Source of the DNA: Lytechinus pictus
Lineage: Eukaryota
NCBI RefSeq assembly: GCF_037042905.1
Contig: NC_087245.1
Span: 16,122,001-16,186,000 of the forward strand
Direction: 5' to 3'
DNA: 64,000 nucleotides
Part shown: piece after piece, positions 63,745-64,000 of the stretch
Position numbering within the stretch: position 1 is the stretch's first letter
Layout: every line of letters starts with the position of its first letter
Position numbers and translations under genes: made by a program
The notes under the pieces: model-generated
Database searches by the model: none
Seen by the model: only the letters and a program-made list of their open reading frames with translations
Told to the model about the DNA's origin: nothing

Positions 63745-64000
63745 GGTGCGTCGTGATCCGGTGGTTCTGACTCTCGCCTTTCAAACAGAGGGTCGTGGGT
63801 TCGAATCCTAGCCATGGCGTGTTCTCCTTCAGCAAGAAATTTATCCACACTGGGCTGCACTCCACCCAGGTGAGGTGAATGGGTACCCAGCAGGATTAAT
63901 TCTTTAAATGCACTGAGTGTCGGTAGCTAAATTCAAGCTAAAGCCGGGCTAATAATAGCAAGTGCTTTGTATCCTCGGGCAAAAAACGCTATATATCTAA
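63745..64000 (+). mobile_element. tRNA-derived SINE (same family as 40676)
   Basis: gtggttctgactctcgccttt..gagggtcgtgggttcgaatcc and core cacccaggtgaggtgaatgggtaccc. Confidence 0.75.

Overview
Eukaryotic, AT-rich, intron-containing animal DNA. The repeat families look sea-urchin/echinoderm-like, which is an inference. Manual splicing on both strands gives a compact innate-immunity cluster: (1) the 3' part of a + strand gene encoding C-type lectin + PAN/apple + YWTD-like beta-propeller domains (250-5564); (2) a complete 7-exon secreted amidase-type peptidoglycan recognition protein on the - strand (7811-18794, 229 aa); (3) two tandem gasdermin E-like paralogues on the - strand. The upstream copy (34942-44500, 10 coding exons, about 502 aa) is full length, with a DHTD caspase-type motif in the linker. 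The downstream copy (22966-28404, 4 exons, 280 aa) has an intact pore-forming domain but has lost the exon-4 splice donor, the DHTD motif and the whole autoinhibitory C-terminal domain, so it resembles a genetically pre-cleaved gasdermin. This is the main finding. The remainder is MITEs (Harbinger-, hAT-, Kolobok- and Tc1-like), tRNA-derived SINEs, LINE 3' fragments, mini/microsatellites, an RPL31 retrocopy fragment and one orphan terminal exon near 60.7 kb. All gene models were spliced by eye and lack transcript support.
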